From Microcoleus sp. (GTDB lineage Bacteria; Cyanobacteriota; Cyanobacteriia; Cyanobacteriales; Microcoleaceae), in assembly GCA_052279835.1 (NCBI GenBank), contig CP181291.1, positions 2,688,001-2,752,000 on the forward strand: a stretch of DNA of 64,000 nt. The letters run 5' to 3'. How positions within the stretch are numbered: position 1 is the stretch's first letter; each line of letters starts with the position of its first letter. Under the pieces are notes generated by a model. It saw only the letters and a program-made list of their open reading frames with translations, had not been told where the DNA came from and did not search any database. The position numbers and the translations under genes are program-made. Shown here one piece after another: positions 62,564 through 64,000 of the stretch.

Positions 62564-64000
62564 TTAAGTATGATTGGAAGCTGTTCTCGCCCCTATTTCC
62601 GCAGCCCAGCGCTTCAAATCTTCGATTTGCGATCGCGCGATGGTAGCTAGAGGTACTGTCTCCTCGATCGACTTCAACATATCCTCAGTCGTCAAATCTC
62701 GCCGCTGGCCGTTGACAAAAGTCCCAAAAGCCCGGTACAATCCATCGATTACAACTTGCTCAATTTCTGCACCACTAAAATTCTCAGTCCGCTTAGCCAA
62801 AATCCCCAAATCAAACTCTCGCCAAATAGTCGATCGCAACCGCTGTAAATGGACTTGAAAAATATCTTGCCGCTCCAATTCTGAAGGCAAATGCAAACAG
62901 AAAATCTCGTCAAACCTGCCCTTTCTCAGCAACTGGGCGGGCAAAATCCGCACATTATTTGCAGTTGCGACAATAAACACCGGACTGGTTTTTTCCTGCA
63001 TCCAAGTAATCAAACTACCCAATACCAGACGCGATGTTACCGAATCGCCATCGCCGCTAACAATATTGCCGAAAGCATTATCTATTTCATCGATCCACAA
63101 AACGCAAGGGGCGATCGCCTCTACCAATTCTATCATCTGTCTGACCCGACTTTCGCTATCCCCGACCCTGCCACCAAACAATCTCCCAGTATCCAACCGC
63201 AACAGTGGCAAACGCCATTCCGAGGCGATTGTTTTGGCTGATAAAGATTTGCCAGTACCTTGAATTCCCACTAACAAAACGCCCTTGGGATTTGGTATAC
63301 CATAGCTGCGCGCTTCCTCAGTAAAAGCATCATGCCGCATCTTTACCCACTGCTTCAAATTTTCCAATCCGCCCACATTTTTGAGAGATTCTCTGGAATT
63401 GACAAACTCCAAAATTCCCGTTTGGCGAATGGCTTGCTGTTTCTCTTCTAAAACTCGATCAATATCTGACTCATTAATCTCCTGTTTGGCCGCCAACGCT
63501 TTAGTTAAAACCCGCCCAATCCGGGCGCGACTCAAACCTTGACAAGCTTTAACTAACTGTTCCCTTCCTAAACCAGTAACTTGCAACTGTTCTGGCTGAG
63601 ACACTAGGTGAGAAATTAAACGATCGATTTCCTGAACGTTGGGCAAAGGGAAATCAATTACTGTCACTTCTTCCTGCAATTCTTCTGGCAATTCCAGGGC
63701 GGGAGAAGTCAGAACAATAGTTTTTTTGCTGCGCTTCAATTCCCGCGTTAAATTGCGTAATTCTCGGACTACCGGCACATTTTTTTCGGTGTAGGGATAT
63801 TTCAAAATAGGGTGCAAGTCCCGCAACACAAATATGGTATATTCTTCTACAGCAGTTTTGCCAATGCGATCGAGCGCCGCCATCACCGAACCTTTCGCGG
63901 AACCGTTATCTTCCCAGCCCCGCACGATATCCCAGAACAACACCCGGCGCGCGGGAGTTACTTGCACCGCTACTTGAGCAATTACTGCTTCCACAGGTTC
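62564..64000 (-). CDS. Ycf46-like AAA+ ATPase (5' partial)
   Basis: GIQGTGKS, LWIDEID, ATAN, LRKGRFDEIF. Confidence 0.88.
   Translation of the reverse strand, partial: EPVEAVIAQVAVQVTPARRVLFWDIVRGWEDNGSAKGSVMAALDRIGKTAVEEYTIFVLRDLHPILKYPYTEKNVPVVRELRNLTRELKRSKKTIVLTSPALELPEELQEEVTVIDFPLPNVQEIDRLISHLVSQPEQLQVTGLGREQLVKACQGLSRARIGRVLTKALAAKQEINESDIDRVLEEKQQAIRQTGILEFVNSRESLKNVGGLENLKQWVKMRHDAFTEEARSYGIPNPKGVLLVGIQGTGKSLSAKTIASEWRLPLLRLDTGRLFGGRVGDSESRVRQMIELVEAIAPCVLWIDEIDNAFGNIVSGDGDSVTSRLVLGSLITWMQEKTSPVFIVATANNVRILPAQLLRKGRFDEIFCLHLPSELERQDIFQVHLQRLRSTIWREFDLGILAKRTENFSGAEIEQVVIDGLYRAFGTFVNGQRRDLTTEDMLKSIEETVPLATIARSQIEDLKRWAAEIGARTASNHT

Overview
Chromosomal segment of a cyanobacterium. 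HIP1 GCGATCGC is abundant, and chlB, cyAbrB2, a GUN4 kinase and heptamer repeats are present. The MITE/REP families suggest a filamentous Oscillatoriales-type genome (inference). The core backbone includes rimP-nusA-ylxR-infB, yqeK-rsfS-ycf36-asparaginase, chlB, queC, pyrR, cobD/cbiB, Rrf2/cyAbrB2, four tRNAs, two large sensor kinases and an ABC exporter. Main accessory signals: (1) a two-domain class III nucleotide cyclase, with non-canonical specificity residues in domain 2, inside a URC1-URC4 uracil-catabolism operon that faces cytosine deaminase; (2) a signal-peptide PD-(D/E)xK nuclease-like gene followed by an immunity-like gene; (3) an adenine-depleted GUN4 tail on a Ser/Thr kinase that resembles a DGR variable region; (4) a toxin-antitoxin cassette bracketed by a duplicated chlB 3' end, at the edge of a 6-kb cassette island; (5) an intact tnpB-only IS200/IS605 element whose rejoined flanks restore a long hairpin; (6) a tandem-hairpin candidate sRNA or micropeptide gene. 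Four +1 frameshifts in short homopolymer runs are probably sequencing errors. All family calls come from motif recognition by eye; no searches were run.
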